A DNA stretch of 64,000 nucleotides, from the NCBI GenBank assembly GCA_029247315.1, contig JAQWLM010000027.1, forward strand, positions 13,113-77,112. The letters run 5' to 3'. Shown in pieces: positions 38,401 through 46,787 of the stretch. The stretch's first letter is position 1. Every line of letters begins with the position of its first letter. This stretch comes from Verrucomicrobiota bacterium. Its GTDB lineage: Bacteria > Verrucomicrobiota > Verrucomicrobiia > Limisphaerales > AAA164-E04. Position numbers and translations under genes: made by a program. The notes below the pieces were generated by a model. The model searched no databases and was not told where the DNA came from. It worked only from the letters and a program-made list of their open reading frames with translations.

Positions 38401-38872
38401 TCACCGTGGGATCGATCTGTTTGGCGACCTGTAGTGACTGGACTGCCTTTTCAAATTGCCCTGTCCTCACCAGCGCGCAGCCCGTGAGGTAATGGGCAGC
38501 AGCAGCATTTTGATTGAGTTTCAAGGCCTCGCTTGATTGCTTTAGGACTTCCTCTGTCTGGTTCAAGAGAAGGTAAGCGTTGGCAAGGTTGAGCCGAGCA
38601 TCAAGGTCTCCCGGGTGGAGTATGGACGCTTGACGGAAACTTTCGGCTGCTTTTTCCGCTCCACTGCTTCCCTGCACAAGCATGTTCTTCCCGGAATTCA
38701 TCAGCTCTATAAAGCGTTCAGCTGTAACATTTTTATCACTTTTTATTGAGTTGCTGCTGTTGTTTTTGATTTTTTGAGTCGGGTAATAAAAAAGAGCGAA
38801 CATGGCGACCACTATGAAAAAAAGCAGCATGATAAACGCGATGGCCGGGGGTTTTTCGCGGTTTGAATTCAT
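35489..38872 (-). CDS. membrane-anchored TPR + FG-GAP/VCBS repeat + ASPIC/UnbV protein (CRTAC1-like) with ~470-aa uncharacterised C-terminal module
   Basis: N-terminal TM helix; TPR repeats; FG-GAP-type Ca-binding loops (VADWDGDDLPDLF, DLNNDLRTDV, DYDNDGWLDIL, GDFDGDCDSDLL); UnbV-like GIGVKVEV. The sequence then continues SCPYLYAWNGEKYRFVTDLLG... to the end. Confidence 0.8.
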   Translation of the reverse strand: MNSNREKPPAIAFIMLLFFIVVAMFALFYYPTQKIKNNSSNSIKSDKNVTAERFIELMNSGKNMLVQGSSGAEKAAESFRQASILHPGDLDARLNLANAYLLLNQTEEVLKQSSEALKLNQNAAAAHYLTGCALVRTGQFEKAVQSLQVAKQIDPTVNAVSYQLGRSYQGLGQWESASLQFEEVIQFDPQHPSAFYNLSQTYIRLERQKEAEQMLERHQSVISAQPLSADPSTTEKCIYTEPIAPFQLEQPDANGIKVYFTDATEAFLGDKASTYLGPAGVVDVGHDDQLDLLVREKGKGYTMLIKRAGVFQAHGFPLPLLPEATYFQCLIGDLQHQGSMRGGQQEDAILLTDKGTQVFQISPNGMLSDSSLFTQLAPLQALKGRLTDFDITGKLDLLSINTTNRSLLYHRNQGTFSFTHETRHSSFPADIEGVSDLVVADWDGDDLPDLFIARETDTAQLYLKQRGGSMTQAAISDDWPKAKTLAVADLNNDLRTDVAFLTSDGLQIRLQGDTKAQNIDIGSTTADSVQCIDYDNDGWLDILVYGKGIFRAWRNEGLSGFVESTRTLGLEQLKLDNIQSLSRGDFDGDCDSDLLLTLEDQTLRILRNEGGNRNTMMKIRMEGSRSNPSGIGVKVEVTTGGLRLARTLHELPLEIGLGKRKKVDSIDPHWTDTITQVDYEIEDCSSLVLFELEMPTGSCPYLYAWNGEKYRFVTDLLGAAPLGLPAKEGVYIPADTEEIVWVGNESIFPPKNGNHILQVTEELREVLYLDEAKMIIVDHPTGTEVHSTSKLVARPPFPQHGIQTLGHAKSLRSAMRSDGMDCTEALQEIDKHMASPVNLRAPQLRGLAEPFALELDFGHVDGTKPWALVMTGWLHFGGGMSNIGASHDPQLPFPFPTLERLTSNGQWKSMPIEIGAPAGKTKTIVTDLNGQLPTGPLRLRLTMSFEIHWDRIQLMQTMTNAYTQVHTIAPAQTDLHWRGFSRYLDQAWTQPLTPDYEDIDFAPNWLITPSGWCTRYGEVDPLIASRDNQLVLMNGGDELTLKFATNRIPAKENGQERDFFFFSSGWDKDADFHVAQGWTVAPLPWHGMDSQAYGNEQRPKHLSDDWIQKYNKRWVGSMTLRQQRSSK

Positions 38873-38974
38873 GCCAAGAACATAGCCAAACAGCGTCCGA
38901 CTTCAAGTTCAGAGCTTAAAACTGATTTGCGGGGTATCCTGCGATCCAGTACGGACTGGGCATGAACGGTTGGA

Positions 38975-39018
38975 AAGTTAAAGTTAAGAAACCAGGCCGG
39001 GCATTGCTGCCCGGCCTG
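38975..39018 (-). terminator. GC-rich hairpin with U-rich tail (putative terminator downstream of the DUF2339 gene)
   Basis: CAGGCCGGGCA-TTGC-TGCCCGGCCTG is a perfect 11-bp stem (38993-39018). On the minus strand it is followed by GTTTCTTAACTTTAACTTT. It lies about 220 nt after the DUF2339 stop, which is unusually far. Confidence 0.5.
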
Positions 39019-39236
39019 ATCTATCCCTAACATGTTATAAGAACAAACGCTCCCATTAGACGTTTTCATCTCTTGAGATATTCATTTGAGATTCAAGATT
39101 CTGGAATTGGATTGTGTCCCCTTATGCCTGGCGTGGTGTGGATCCGTTCCTTCACCATACACCTGGGTCGATGTCATGCACAGCCCAGTCCATGCCTTGA
39201 GTTTTCCAGGGGAAAAGTTCTCGAGTTAAAAGGACA

Positions 39237-42200
39237 TTATGGAGACTCGATGGTTTCCGATTTCATGGAAGACACCTCCTGTTCAAGCCGTTTGGAGTAT
39301 TTTTGATAGAGGAATGAAGCCAGCATGGTAGCCACCGCGATGCCTACCAGGGCTCCAACCCGGTAGAGTTGGTCAAGATGTGAAATATCGTGCATGAAGA
39401 CCTTGAAAATGGTACATGCGAACAATCCAAGCCCAAATTTTCTTGCACCGCCAAGTCTCCTGGCAATGCCAACCGCGATCAGTACAAAGGCAAATATAGA
39501 CCAAGCAACGCTGTAACACAGGTCGCGTGCGATATTGCCCCGAAATTCAAATACGAGCGAACCTTCCCCTGGTTTCGCAAAAAAATCAGCAATCTCAATA
39601 TTCATCAAGATAAAGGTGAGGAAAACCGCCATTCCGTATAGCCAGGCTGGCAGGTTTTTCACCTTTTCCTTGAGGGTGTAGGATTCAAGTGTTCTTGCCC
39701 CAATCAACAGGGATCCAATCACCAGGGCGTAGGTGTATAGATACCAATTGAGGATAGGAAAGTTGCCGCGCGGATAATAATCCAGGATCGATGGGTTTAA
39801 TCCAAGGCGAACAAAGCTCAACGCCAATAATGCCACGCCCCACGCGATGAGTCCTTGATGAGCAATGTGACGGTATATCCAAATCAAGGCTGCACCCTCC
39901 AGAGCCCAGCCGATCGTCAACCATTCATGGTTCCACTGAACCGGGAAAATAAGTGTTATAAACAGGCTGGTCACTCCGCCGAACCATGCAAGGACGGTTC
40001 GATGTTCTGGTATCTCCCGTGAGACTGCTTTCCAGCGATTGCGAAGCACAAAAAAGGTGACGCAGGCAAAAGCTAATGGGATCAGACCAGGAGCACTGAG
40101 ATCGAATTTTTTTTCTGTCCAGATATGCAAAAGCACGAAGTGCCCCACGCCCGACAAGGCTGCAGTGATCCACGCACCCTTGCCACGATCTTGCTCGAAA
40201 CGAATGACAAAGGGACTGATGAGAAACAAAAGATAATGTGCCACTATCCACGCGAGGATTCCATGACCGGTGGATGTGTTCCATTCCCGGATTACCCAGG
40301 CGTATTGCACTGCTAGACTTGAAAGCAGTCCAGCCATGGCAAGCCAACTGCTTTGACGACTGTTCCAGCAGACCATGGCGCTCAATAGCCATGATGTGAC
40401 CATAATCCAGTGGGTTGTGGGAAGTTCGAGATGCCCGATAACTCCCAAGAGCAGAAAAAAAGGAAGCACGGAGGCGTATGCTTGCCCCCAGAATTGCATG
40501 GATTCGATTCTTCTGCTGTCAACGGCTTTCAGTCCGGTGAGTGTTCTTTCAGGCATGGACCGTCCTAGCGATGCGATCCATCTGGGCGCGTTTTGAATGG
40601 TGAACATGATCAAGCCGCAGAAAAGCATGATCCAAATGAGCATCGAGGATATGCTATCAAAGCCAGGTGGCACTGATAGGATCCAAGCTCCGAAGATCCC
40701 CATCGTCAGTGCTACGGTACCCAGGATCAATGCCAACGAGCCGCTTGCGAATGCCAGGCACAGAAAGATGACGTCCAGAAGCATGACACCTGTCCATGTT
40801 GCGAAGGAGGATACACTGGATTGTAAGATACCGATGCACACGATGCAAAGCGTCAACAGCGGAGTACATAGGCTCCATGGAGAGACAGGTGTCGACCGTG
40901 CTTGATGGAGTTGGATGAAAAGAAAGGCAGACTGTATCAGGCCGAACAGGAGGCAGGCGCCGATGATCCAGACCGACATGGCTGGTTCAGCGTAATGGCT
41001 TGCCCAGGCACTGAGGACCAGAAAAGTGATTCCTGCCTGAATGCTAGCCCAGTGCTGGCCTTTGGAGTCATTAAAGGACTGCCACATCAGAACGAGGTAG
41101 ATGCTGAGGATCAGGCATGCAATCCAGGCAGCATGCATCTCGATATCCGGGAAGTTTTGAATGACATACAGACACAGGCCAAGGGAGGCGAATGATGGTA
41201 TTTTTAAAGCTATTCTCATGGAATGCTGTCTTGGGTAGACAGTCTGTTTCCATGTTTCTGCGCTCATAAATATCAGGCCGAAGGGTAGCATGATGGCAGC
41301 AGCAGTTCCCCAGGGAAACAGGGGTGGCTGTTGTATGACCCAGAATGTCAGGTAGAAGGCAGTACCCAAGCTTGTTGCCCATGTCATCCAGCACCATTGC
41401 TGCCTGATGGAGATGATAAGGATGCCAATATTAAGCAGTGCTATGTAGGAAAAAAGCGCACTGGTGCTTGGCACGTCAAGCAGTTGGGGAGTAAGAAATC
41501 CTCCCAGCATGCCCAGTGCTGCCACGACCTGAGTGCCCCAGCGGTGAGCAAGTAGGATGGCACCTGAGGTCACGAGTGCATTGATGAAAAAGGTCAATGC
41601 TGGGCTGAAGAGCCCAAACTGGTAGATCCCGTGTGCTGCAAACGTCACAGCGTAGAGACCAACAATGCCTGTTCCGCACAGAGTGTGGGAGGTGATTTTA
41701 TAGGGCTTGCGGTTCAGAAAGAGTCCTCCTCCCAGCAGGGCTGTTGACGTGATATACCCCAGGGCAATTCTTAACCAGGGGGGGACTAGGTTGTTGTCGA
41801 AGGAGTATTTGACGAAGAAGCAGATGGCGAAGAAAAAAGCAAGACCACCAATCCAGGCGAAAAGGCGTGCGCCCATGAATACCTCAAGGCTATTGGTCGA
41901 TAACTTTTGAGTGGTCTTGTTGTTTCCGGTGGATCTGTCAAAAGGCAAGTAGGCGGCGATTTTTTCTCCGAGCCGCATCTTGCGATTACGAACAGACGAC
42001 GAAGGCTTCAAGTTGGACTCTTGAAGAAAAGACCTTGGTTCTGTCTTCTTGGAGGCAGGCGGTGGATCCGTTCGTTGCGGGTCCTTGCTTACAGCAGGGT
42101 CCTTATGTCCCGGTTTGGTTGGATTGCTTGCTTTCCGCCACGTCAGCATTTCCCTCCTGGTCTTCAGGGTGATTCGCAGCGCGATTGCAGACAAGGTTAG

Positions 42201-42242
42201 CGGCAGAAGCCAACCTCCTATCAAGATCATTATCCAAAACAT
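39237..42242 (-). CDS. DUF2339-family polytopic membrane protein
   Basis: N-terminal TM helix, a Pro/Lys-rich linker, then the family-typical FMGARLFAWIGGLAFFFAICFFVKYSFDN, followed by more than 20 predicted TM helices. The track start at 42329 is TTG; the ATG at 42240-42242 gives MFWIMILIGG.... Confidence 0.8.
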   Translation of the reverse strand: MFWIMILIGGWLLPLTLSAIALRITLKTRREMLTWRKASNPTKPGHKDPAVSKDPQRTDPPPASKKTEPRSFLQESNLKPSSSVRNRKMRLGEKIAAYLPFDRSTGNNKTTQKLSTNSLEVFMGARLFAWIGGLAFFFAICFFVKYSFDNNLVPPWLRIALGYITSTALLGGGLFLNRKPYKITSHTLCGTGIVGLYAVTFAAHGIYQFGLFSPALTFFINALVTSGAILLAHRWGTQVVAALGMLGGFLTPQLLDVPSTSALFSYIALLNIGILIISIRQQWCWMTWATSLGTAFYLTFWVIQQPPLFPWGTAAAIMLPFGLIFMSAETWKQTVYPRQHSMRIALKIPSFASLGLCLYVIQNFPDIEMHAAWIACLILSIYLVLMWQSFNDSKGQHWASIQAGITFLVLSAWASHYAEPAMSVWIIGACLLFGLIQSAFLFIQLHQARSTPVSPWSLCTPLLTLCIVCIGILQSSVSSFATWTGVMLLDVIFLCLAFASGSLALILGTVALTMGIFGAWILSVPPGFDSISSMLIWIMLFCGLIMFTIQNAPRWIASLGRSMPERTLTGLKAVDSRRIESMQFWGQAYASVLPFFLLLGVIGHLELPTTHWIMVTSWLLSAMVCWNSRQSSWLAMAGLLSSLAVQYAWVIREWNTSTGHGILAWIVAHYLLFLISPFVIRFEQDRGKGAWITAALSGVGHFVLLHIWTEKKFDLSAPGLIPLAFACVTFFVLRNRWKAVSREIPEHRTVLAWFGGVTSLFITLIFPVQWNHEWLTIGWALEGAALIWIYRHIAHQGLIAWGVALLALSFVRLGLNPSILDYYPRGNFPILNWYLYTYALVIGSLLIGARTLESYTLKEKVKNLPAWLYGMAVFLTFILMNIEIADFFAKPGEGSLVFEFRGNIARDLCYSVAWSIFAFVLIAVGIARRLGGARKFGLGLFACTIFKVFMHDISHLDQLYRVGALVGIAVATMLASFLYQKYSKRLEQEVSSMKSETIESP

Positions 42243-42746
42243 CTCTTTTATTTCTTTGAGTTCAGGTTTCTTGCCTCTCCCAGGCCAAAATACCGTTGGA
42301 AATCCTCGCCTGGACCGTTCTTTCTTCAAACTATCTCAGCAACAAGTCAATCCTTGCGCCTACAGGGAGAGCTGAATGCCATACTTTCGTTTGACTGCCC
42401 GTTCTCTGGCCTCCGCCTCCTTGATTCACGTAAGCACCATGGTCGTGGTAATTCCCGATCTCCATATGGCCACTCTTCACAGAATCGATCATGAATTTTC
42501 CGGTTCTCGCGTGGCTGTGTTCCAGCAGGAGGGTGTTTGTGGTATTTATCACCTTTGTGTGTTTCATCCGGCATAACCTGCGTCTGAATGTGATTTAAAG
42601 AGGTGTCCCGCATGGAACCGGTAGGATCAATCCTCCTTCAGAGGACAGGTTGGCATGGCATCCGTCACGATGGTTTTAAGATCTCCACCCCTGCTTATTG
42701 CTATCGAGAGCTATTGCATTCTCCACCAAGGTTCGTCTTTACAAGG

Positions 42747-42792
42747 GTTTCACCCCACCCATCAGGGCTCCCCTTGATGGACGGGGTGAAAC
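42747..42792 (-). terminator. 46-nt near-perfect hairpin spanning the stop codon of the OB-fold lipoprotein gene
   Basis: GTTTCACCCC/GGGGTGAAAC (10 bp), a 2x2 internal loop, then CCATCAGGG/CCTTGATGG (9 bp including one G-U) with a 4-nt loop. The stop codon (42762-42764) lies inside the stem. There is no U-tract after it on the minus strand. Confidence 0.45.
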
Positions 42793-43163
42793 GCTGCTCG
42801 ATGATCTCTGCCACTCGCCGGGTCCAGGTAGATATCATCTTTTCGGCAGTGCTTGAGAAAACCGTCAATATACGCGATATCACCTACATTGTAATGCTCT
42901 GCCATTGCCTTAAACTTGCCAAAGTTACATTCAATGCCGCCTTCAAGATGGACCCGTGCGGATCCTGGATTGGAAATGTCAACTTTCCTGACGATTCCCT
43001 TGACAGTTATTTTCTTACCCACGAATGGCGTACCTAATACACTCAAGTCCTCTTGCAGGAATTGTGCGGCTGGATCTCCATAGTCCATTTGCCAGCCTTT
43101 CCATACAGGTCCGCAGCCCAACAAAAGGAAAGCTGTGATCGTTACAAGCCAGTTTTTTTTCAT
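42762..43163 (-). CDS. small lipoprotein with OB-fold (tRNA_anti-like family pattern)
   Basis: MKKNWLVTITAFLLLGCG lipobox. FVGKKITVKGIVRKVDI...ARVHLEGGIECNF...VGDIAYIDGFLK resembles the 'tRNA_anti-like' OB-fold lipoprotein family. The ATG at 43161-43163 was verified. Confidence 0.55.
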   Translation of the reverse strand: MKKNWLVTITAFLLLGCGPVWKGWQMDYGDPAAQFLQEDLSVLGTPFVGKKITVKGIVRKVDISNPGSARVHLEGGIECNFGKFKAMAEHYNVGDIAYIDGFLKHCRKDDIYLDPASGRDHRAAFHPVHQGEP

Positions 43164-43224
43164 TGAAAACCACATAAGCACATGGTGTGCCATAAAGAAA
43201 AAGCCATTGTACTGCTCTTGCAGG

Positions 43225-43380
43225 ATTAGATGTATCTAATTCATAATTAAAGAGTTAGGCGTATCTATTTTAGAGTCATGTTTGCTGGCTTAGATGCTTG
43301 GGGTATGTTCAAAAAATGAACATAGTATATACTTAAAATGTCCAATTGAATATGCTTGAGTCTTATTCTTAACACTCAAG
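43225..43380. repeat. AT-rich segment with three separate inverted repeats
   Basis: ATTAGAT-GT-ATCTAAT (43225-43240); TATGTTCA-AAAAA-TGAACATA (43304-43324); CTTGAGT-12 nt-ACTCAAG (43355-43380). All lie upstream of the lipoprotein gene. Confidence 0.8.
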
Positions 43381-43769
43381 TGATCCAATGACGGGCAGCT
43401 TGTGCTCTCTCATGATATACACGCTACGCCCTACGATGCTTCCCTGCGATGGCGAAACGCTCCTAGGGGTTTCCCTTGGAGGTGGAAGCTCAAGCTGGAC
43501 GTTTCATATCGGCACCATAAAACCCCGGTGAGCCATGATTGATCACGATTTGGGGTAATCCCACCCGGGTGAAAATGCTTTTTCCGTCACATGGAGACCA
43601 AGGCATCCGTGATGCAATTTGATCCAGGGCATGTTGGAAATGCAAAACCTGTCCCTACATGGGATGCTGTTTGTGTTTTTGATTTTTGCATTGTTAGATG
43701 CTTTCCATTAAGTTTTTATGTGTATCCATGTTGCTTCAACGGGACAGGTAGCGCAGATCGCGTTGAGGT

Positions 43770-45086
43770 CTAGATCACAGGCTTCCAGCCCGTTTCGTAG
43801 TCACGTTCCCATAGCTGGTTTTCTTTGAGCTTTTGTTTGATTTGAAGTGTCTTTCGGTCAAAATGTACTGTTTGTCCGGTGCGATAGGCGATATTGCCAA
43901 GGTGACACATCAGGGTGCTGATCTGGCCGGTGGCGATCTCTGAGTTGGGGCGTTTGCCGGACCGGATGGCGGTGAAGAAGTTGTCTACATGGCCGCGGTC
44001 GCCACCTTCCCCGTTGTGTTTTTCCAGAGATTGACCGTCGAGGTCAAAGACCTCATAACCGGTGCCATTGATGGCCAGGGAGCCTTTGCTGCCGTAAAAA
44101 CGAACAAAATCATGTTTCTTCTCTCGCCTTGGATGGCAGCTGCTGCCGTCCCATGAGGCACCCTTCTCTCCGAAATCATAGACGGCGATCGCCGTATCAG
44201 GTGTTTCCTGATCGTCATCGTAATGATATCTTCCACCGGTGTAACTCACCGTCTCAGGGTAGTCTACATCCAATCCCCATCGAGCAAGGTCCAGTGCATG
44301 AATTCCGTTATTGCCAAGTTCACCGTTGCCCCAGTGCCAGTGCCAGTGCCAGTTGTAGTGTACAAGGTTGTCTTTGTAGTCACGCCGGGGTGCGGGACCC
44401 TGCCAGAGATCAAAATCTAGATGAGGCGGAACCGGCGCTTTCTTTCCAGAACCGATGGAACTACGCGCATTATCATACCAGCACCTCGCAAAGGTGGTTT
44501 CACCGATCACACCCGAGTGAAGTCGAGCCATGGCCTCACGAATGGCTGGCCATGTTCGGCGCTGATTTCCCATCTGTACGACACGCTTGTGCTTGCGGGC
44601 AGCCTGGACCATCCAGAAACCTTCCTGAGGGTTGTGACTTCCAGGTTTTTCGACGTAGACGTGTTTCCCTGCAGAGCAGGCAAGAATCGAGGCTGGGGCG
44701 TGCCAGTGGTTGCAGGTTGCAATCATGATAGCGTCGAGATCCTTGTCATCGAGCATTCGACGGAAATCTCTAACGCCTTGTGGTTTCGGGGCATTTTTCT
44801 TGTCAACGACATCGATGGCTCTGTCGATGCGTTGCTGATCAACGTCGCAAACGTAGGCGACCTCCACGTTGGGCAGAGCGACGGCGTTATTCACGTGTGC
44901 CATGCCACGGCTTAGCCCCATGACACCCACACGAACACGGTTGCTGCTCTTTCCTTGGGCTCTGGCAGGTGTGATGGAGAAGGGGGAGATTGCTGCCAGT
45001 CCCGTACTTGCCGCACCCGAATACTGAATGAACTGACGTCGACTGATGATTTTTTGCATATGGATTGAAATGTATGATTTTGTCAT
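43770..45086 (-). CDS. Tat-exported Gfo/Idh/MocA-family oxidoreductase
   Basis: Twin-arginine leader SRRQFIQYSGAASTGLAA, Rossmann motif VRVGVMGLSRGMAHV, YVEKPGSH, and NWHWHWHWGNGELGNNGIHALD. Confidence 0.8.
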   Translation of the reverse strand: MTKSYISIHMQKIISRRQFIQYSGAASTGLAAISPFSITPARAQGKSSNRVRVGVMGLSRGMAHVNNAVALPNVEVAYVCDVDQQRIDRAIDVVDKKNAPKPQGVRDFRRMLDDKDLDAIMIATCNHWHAPASILACSAGKHVYVEKPGSHNPQEGFWMVQAARKHKRVVQMGNQRRTWPAIREAMARLHSGVIGETTFARCWYDNARSSIGSGKKAPVPPHLDFDLWQGPAPRRDYKDNLVHYNWHWHWHWGNGELGNNGIHALDLARWGLDVDYPETVSYTGGRYHYDDDQETPDTAIAVYDFGEKGASWDGSSCHPRREKKHDFVRFYGSKGSLAINGTGYEVFDLDGQSLEKHNGEGGDRGHVDNFFTAIRSGKRPNSEIATGQISTLMCHLGNIAYRTGQTVHFDRKTLQIKQKLKENQLWERDYETGWKPVI

Positions 45087-45211
45087 GATATTAATCGCCT
45101 ATCTTTACTAAGAAAAGTTAAAATGAATGCAATTTGGAGCGTCTCACATGGCTTGGCGCTGAGCTTGGTTCCGTCCATCTCGGCAGGGAGCGCTTTTTTT
45201 TGAAAATCCGA

Positions 45212-45240
45212 TTGACACGGCATCGGTGGATCATTAAGGT
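45212..45240 (+). promoter_or_regulatory. promoter candidate for tRNA-Thr/tuf
   Basis: TTGACA-17 nt-TAAGGT, preceded by a T-rich UP-element-like run (GCTTTTTTTTGAAAATCC). It lies about 120 nt upstream of tRNA-Thr. Sequence match only. Confidence 0.35.
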
Positions 45241-45361
45241 CCGCTCACTCTAAGATAGTCTAGAGGCAGTCGCCATCAGCCCCGGCCAGGAAAAACTAGG
45301 GGTGGATGGTATTTTGTCGTCTGGCAGATCGGGGCTTGTGAGCCTGTATGAGTTTGCTCTG

Positions 45362-45437
45362 GCCCATGTAGCTCAGTTGGTAGAGCACATCCTTGGTAAG
45401 GATGAGGTCACCGGTTCAAGCCCGGTCATGGGCTCCA
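45362..45437 (+). tRNA. tRNA-Thr (anticodon GGT), CCA encoded
   Basis: Manual cloverleaf: acceptor GCCCATG/CATGGGC, D arm GCTC..GAGC, anticodon stem CATCC/GGATG with loop TTGGTAA, T arm ACCGG-TTCAAGC-CCGGT, discriminator T, then CCA. Confidence 0.95.
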
Positions 45438-45493
45438 TTTTTTGTAACTGAAACATATTGTTAATAAAGAATAACACTCGTTAAGGAAATCGC

Positions 45494-46684
45494 ATGGCAA
45501 AAGAAGCGTTTCAAAGAACCAAACCGCACGTCAACGTCGGAACGATTGGTCATGTTGACCATGGCAAATCTACTCTGACTGCCGCTATCGTGGCCGTTCA
45601 AGCCCGCAAGGATTTGGCGACCCCCATCTCTTATGGAGACATCACCAAGGGAGGAACTGTCCGTGACGATTCTAAGACCGTCACCATCGCAGTGTCTCAC
45701 GTGGAATACGAAAGTGACAATCGGCACTATGCCCACGTCGATTGTCCGGGCCACGCTGATTATGTCAAAAACATGATCACCGGTGCCGCACAAATGGACG
45801 GTGCCATCTTGGTCGTCAGTGCTGCAGATGGTCCCATGCCCCAAACGCGTGAGCACATCCTGCTTGCGCGGCAGGTGGGTGTACCAGCCATCGTGGTATT
45901 TCTGAATAAATGCGACCTGGTCGATGACGATGAGTTGCTTGAGCTCGTCGAGATGGAAGTGCGGGATCTACTTTCCAAATACGAGTTTCCTGGAGATGAC
46001 GCTTCCATCGTGCGTGGCAGTGCGACTGCTGCCCTTGAAGGAACTCCAGATGGTGAGGCATGTATTCAGGCTCTTTTGACTGCTGTTGATGAACAAGTTC
46101 CATTGCCTGAGCGCGAGGTGGATAAGCCTTTCTTGATGTGCATTGAAGATGTTTTCAACATTGAGGGTCGTGGCACGGTCGTCACCGGACGTGTAGAGCG
46201 CGGTGAGCTTACCAAGATGAGCGAGGTGGAAATCGTTGGTTTGCGCGAGACACGTAAAACCACTGCGACGGACATTGAAATGTTCCGCAAACTGCTCGAC
46301 AGCGCATCTGCCGGGGACAACGTAGGTGTTCTCCTGCGCGGCGTCAAAAAGACGGATGTTGAACGTGGGATGGTCTTGTCCAAACCGGGTTCCATTACCC
46401 CTCACACCAAATTCAAGGCGGAGTTATATGTCCTTTCCAAGGATGAGGGAGGACGTCACACGCCTTTCTTTACCAACTACCGACCCCAGTTCTACTTTCG
46501 CACCAGCGATGTAACCGGAACGGTTGACTTACCTGAAGGCGTGGAAATGGTGATGCCTGGCGACAACGTATCAGTGGAGATTACATTGATTGCACCTGTT
46601 GCCATGGAGAAGACGCAACGATTTGCCATTCGAGAAGGCGGGCGCACTATCGGTGCCGGTCGTGTATCGGACGTGATGGAATAA
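45494..46684 (+). CDS. tuf: elongation factor Tu
   Basis: [21 protein letters not shown], full-length 396 aa. Confidence 0.98.
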   Translation: MAKEAFQRTKPHVNVGTIGHVDHGKSTLTAAIVAVQARKDLATPISYGDITKGGTVRDDSKTVTIAVSHVEYESDNRHYAHVDCPGHADYVKNMITGAAQMDGAILVVSAADGPMPQTREHILLARQVGVPAIVVFLNKCDLVDDDELLELVEMEVRDLLSKYEFPGDDASIVRGSATAALEGTPDGEACIQALLTAVDEQVPLPEREVDKPFLMCIEDVFNIEGRGTVVTGRVERGELTKMSEVEIVGLRETRKTTATDIEMFRKLLDSASAGDNVGVLLRGVKKTDVERGMVLSKPGSITPHTKFKAELYVLSKDEGGRHTPFFTNYRPQFYFRTSDVTGTVDLPEGVEMVMPGDNVSVEITLIAPVAMEKTQRFAIREGGRTIGAGRVSDVME

Positions 46685-46693
46685 ATCATATTT

Positions 46694-46740
46694 AACCAAG
46701 ACCAGGGGAAGCGCTTAGAGTCCCTTGGTTCTTGATCTTT
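46694..46740 (+). terminator. weak terminator-like hairpin after tuf
   Basis: AACCAAG...CTTGGTT is a 7-bp stem with extra GG(G)/(T)CC pairs after a bulge, followed by CTTGATCTTT. It is imperfect and the U-tract is interrupted. Confidence 0.3.
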
Positions 46741-46787
46741 ACTCAAGCGGCATCCTGTTTTGGGCTGACGCTGGGAGCTGTCAAAGT

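Noticed and set aside
38869-39069. 66-aa minus-strand ORF overlapping the start of the TPR/FG-GAP gene and the GC hairpin.
   Set aside because: It reads through the perfect hairpin and into the next gene's start. It has no family resemblance and is most likely spurious.
44322-44350. Hexanucleotide repeat (CAGTGC)x3 on the plus strand, a possible microsatellite or slippage site.
   Set aside because: It is in-frame inside the Tat-oxidoreductase and encodes the NWHWHWHWGNG segment. That segment corresponds to the aromatic W-x-W-x-W stretch common in this enzyme family, so it is coding sequence rather than a free repeat. Slippage by one unit would stay in frame.
45241-45361. 120-nt leader between the putative promoter and tRNA-Thr, checked for additional tRNAs (the Tyr/Gly genes often found upstream of tuf) or an SRP/other RNA.
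   Set aside because: No cloverleaf can be drawn, because there is no acceptor/T-arm pairing and no GTTCRANNC box. No conserved ncRNA motifs were recognised.
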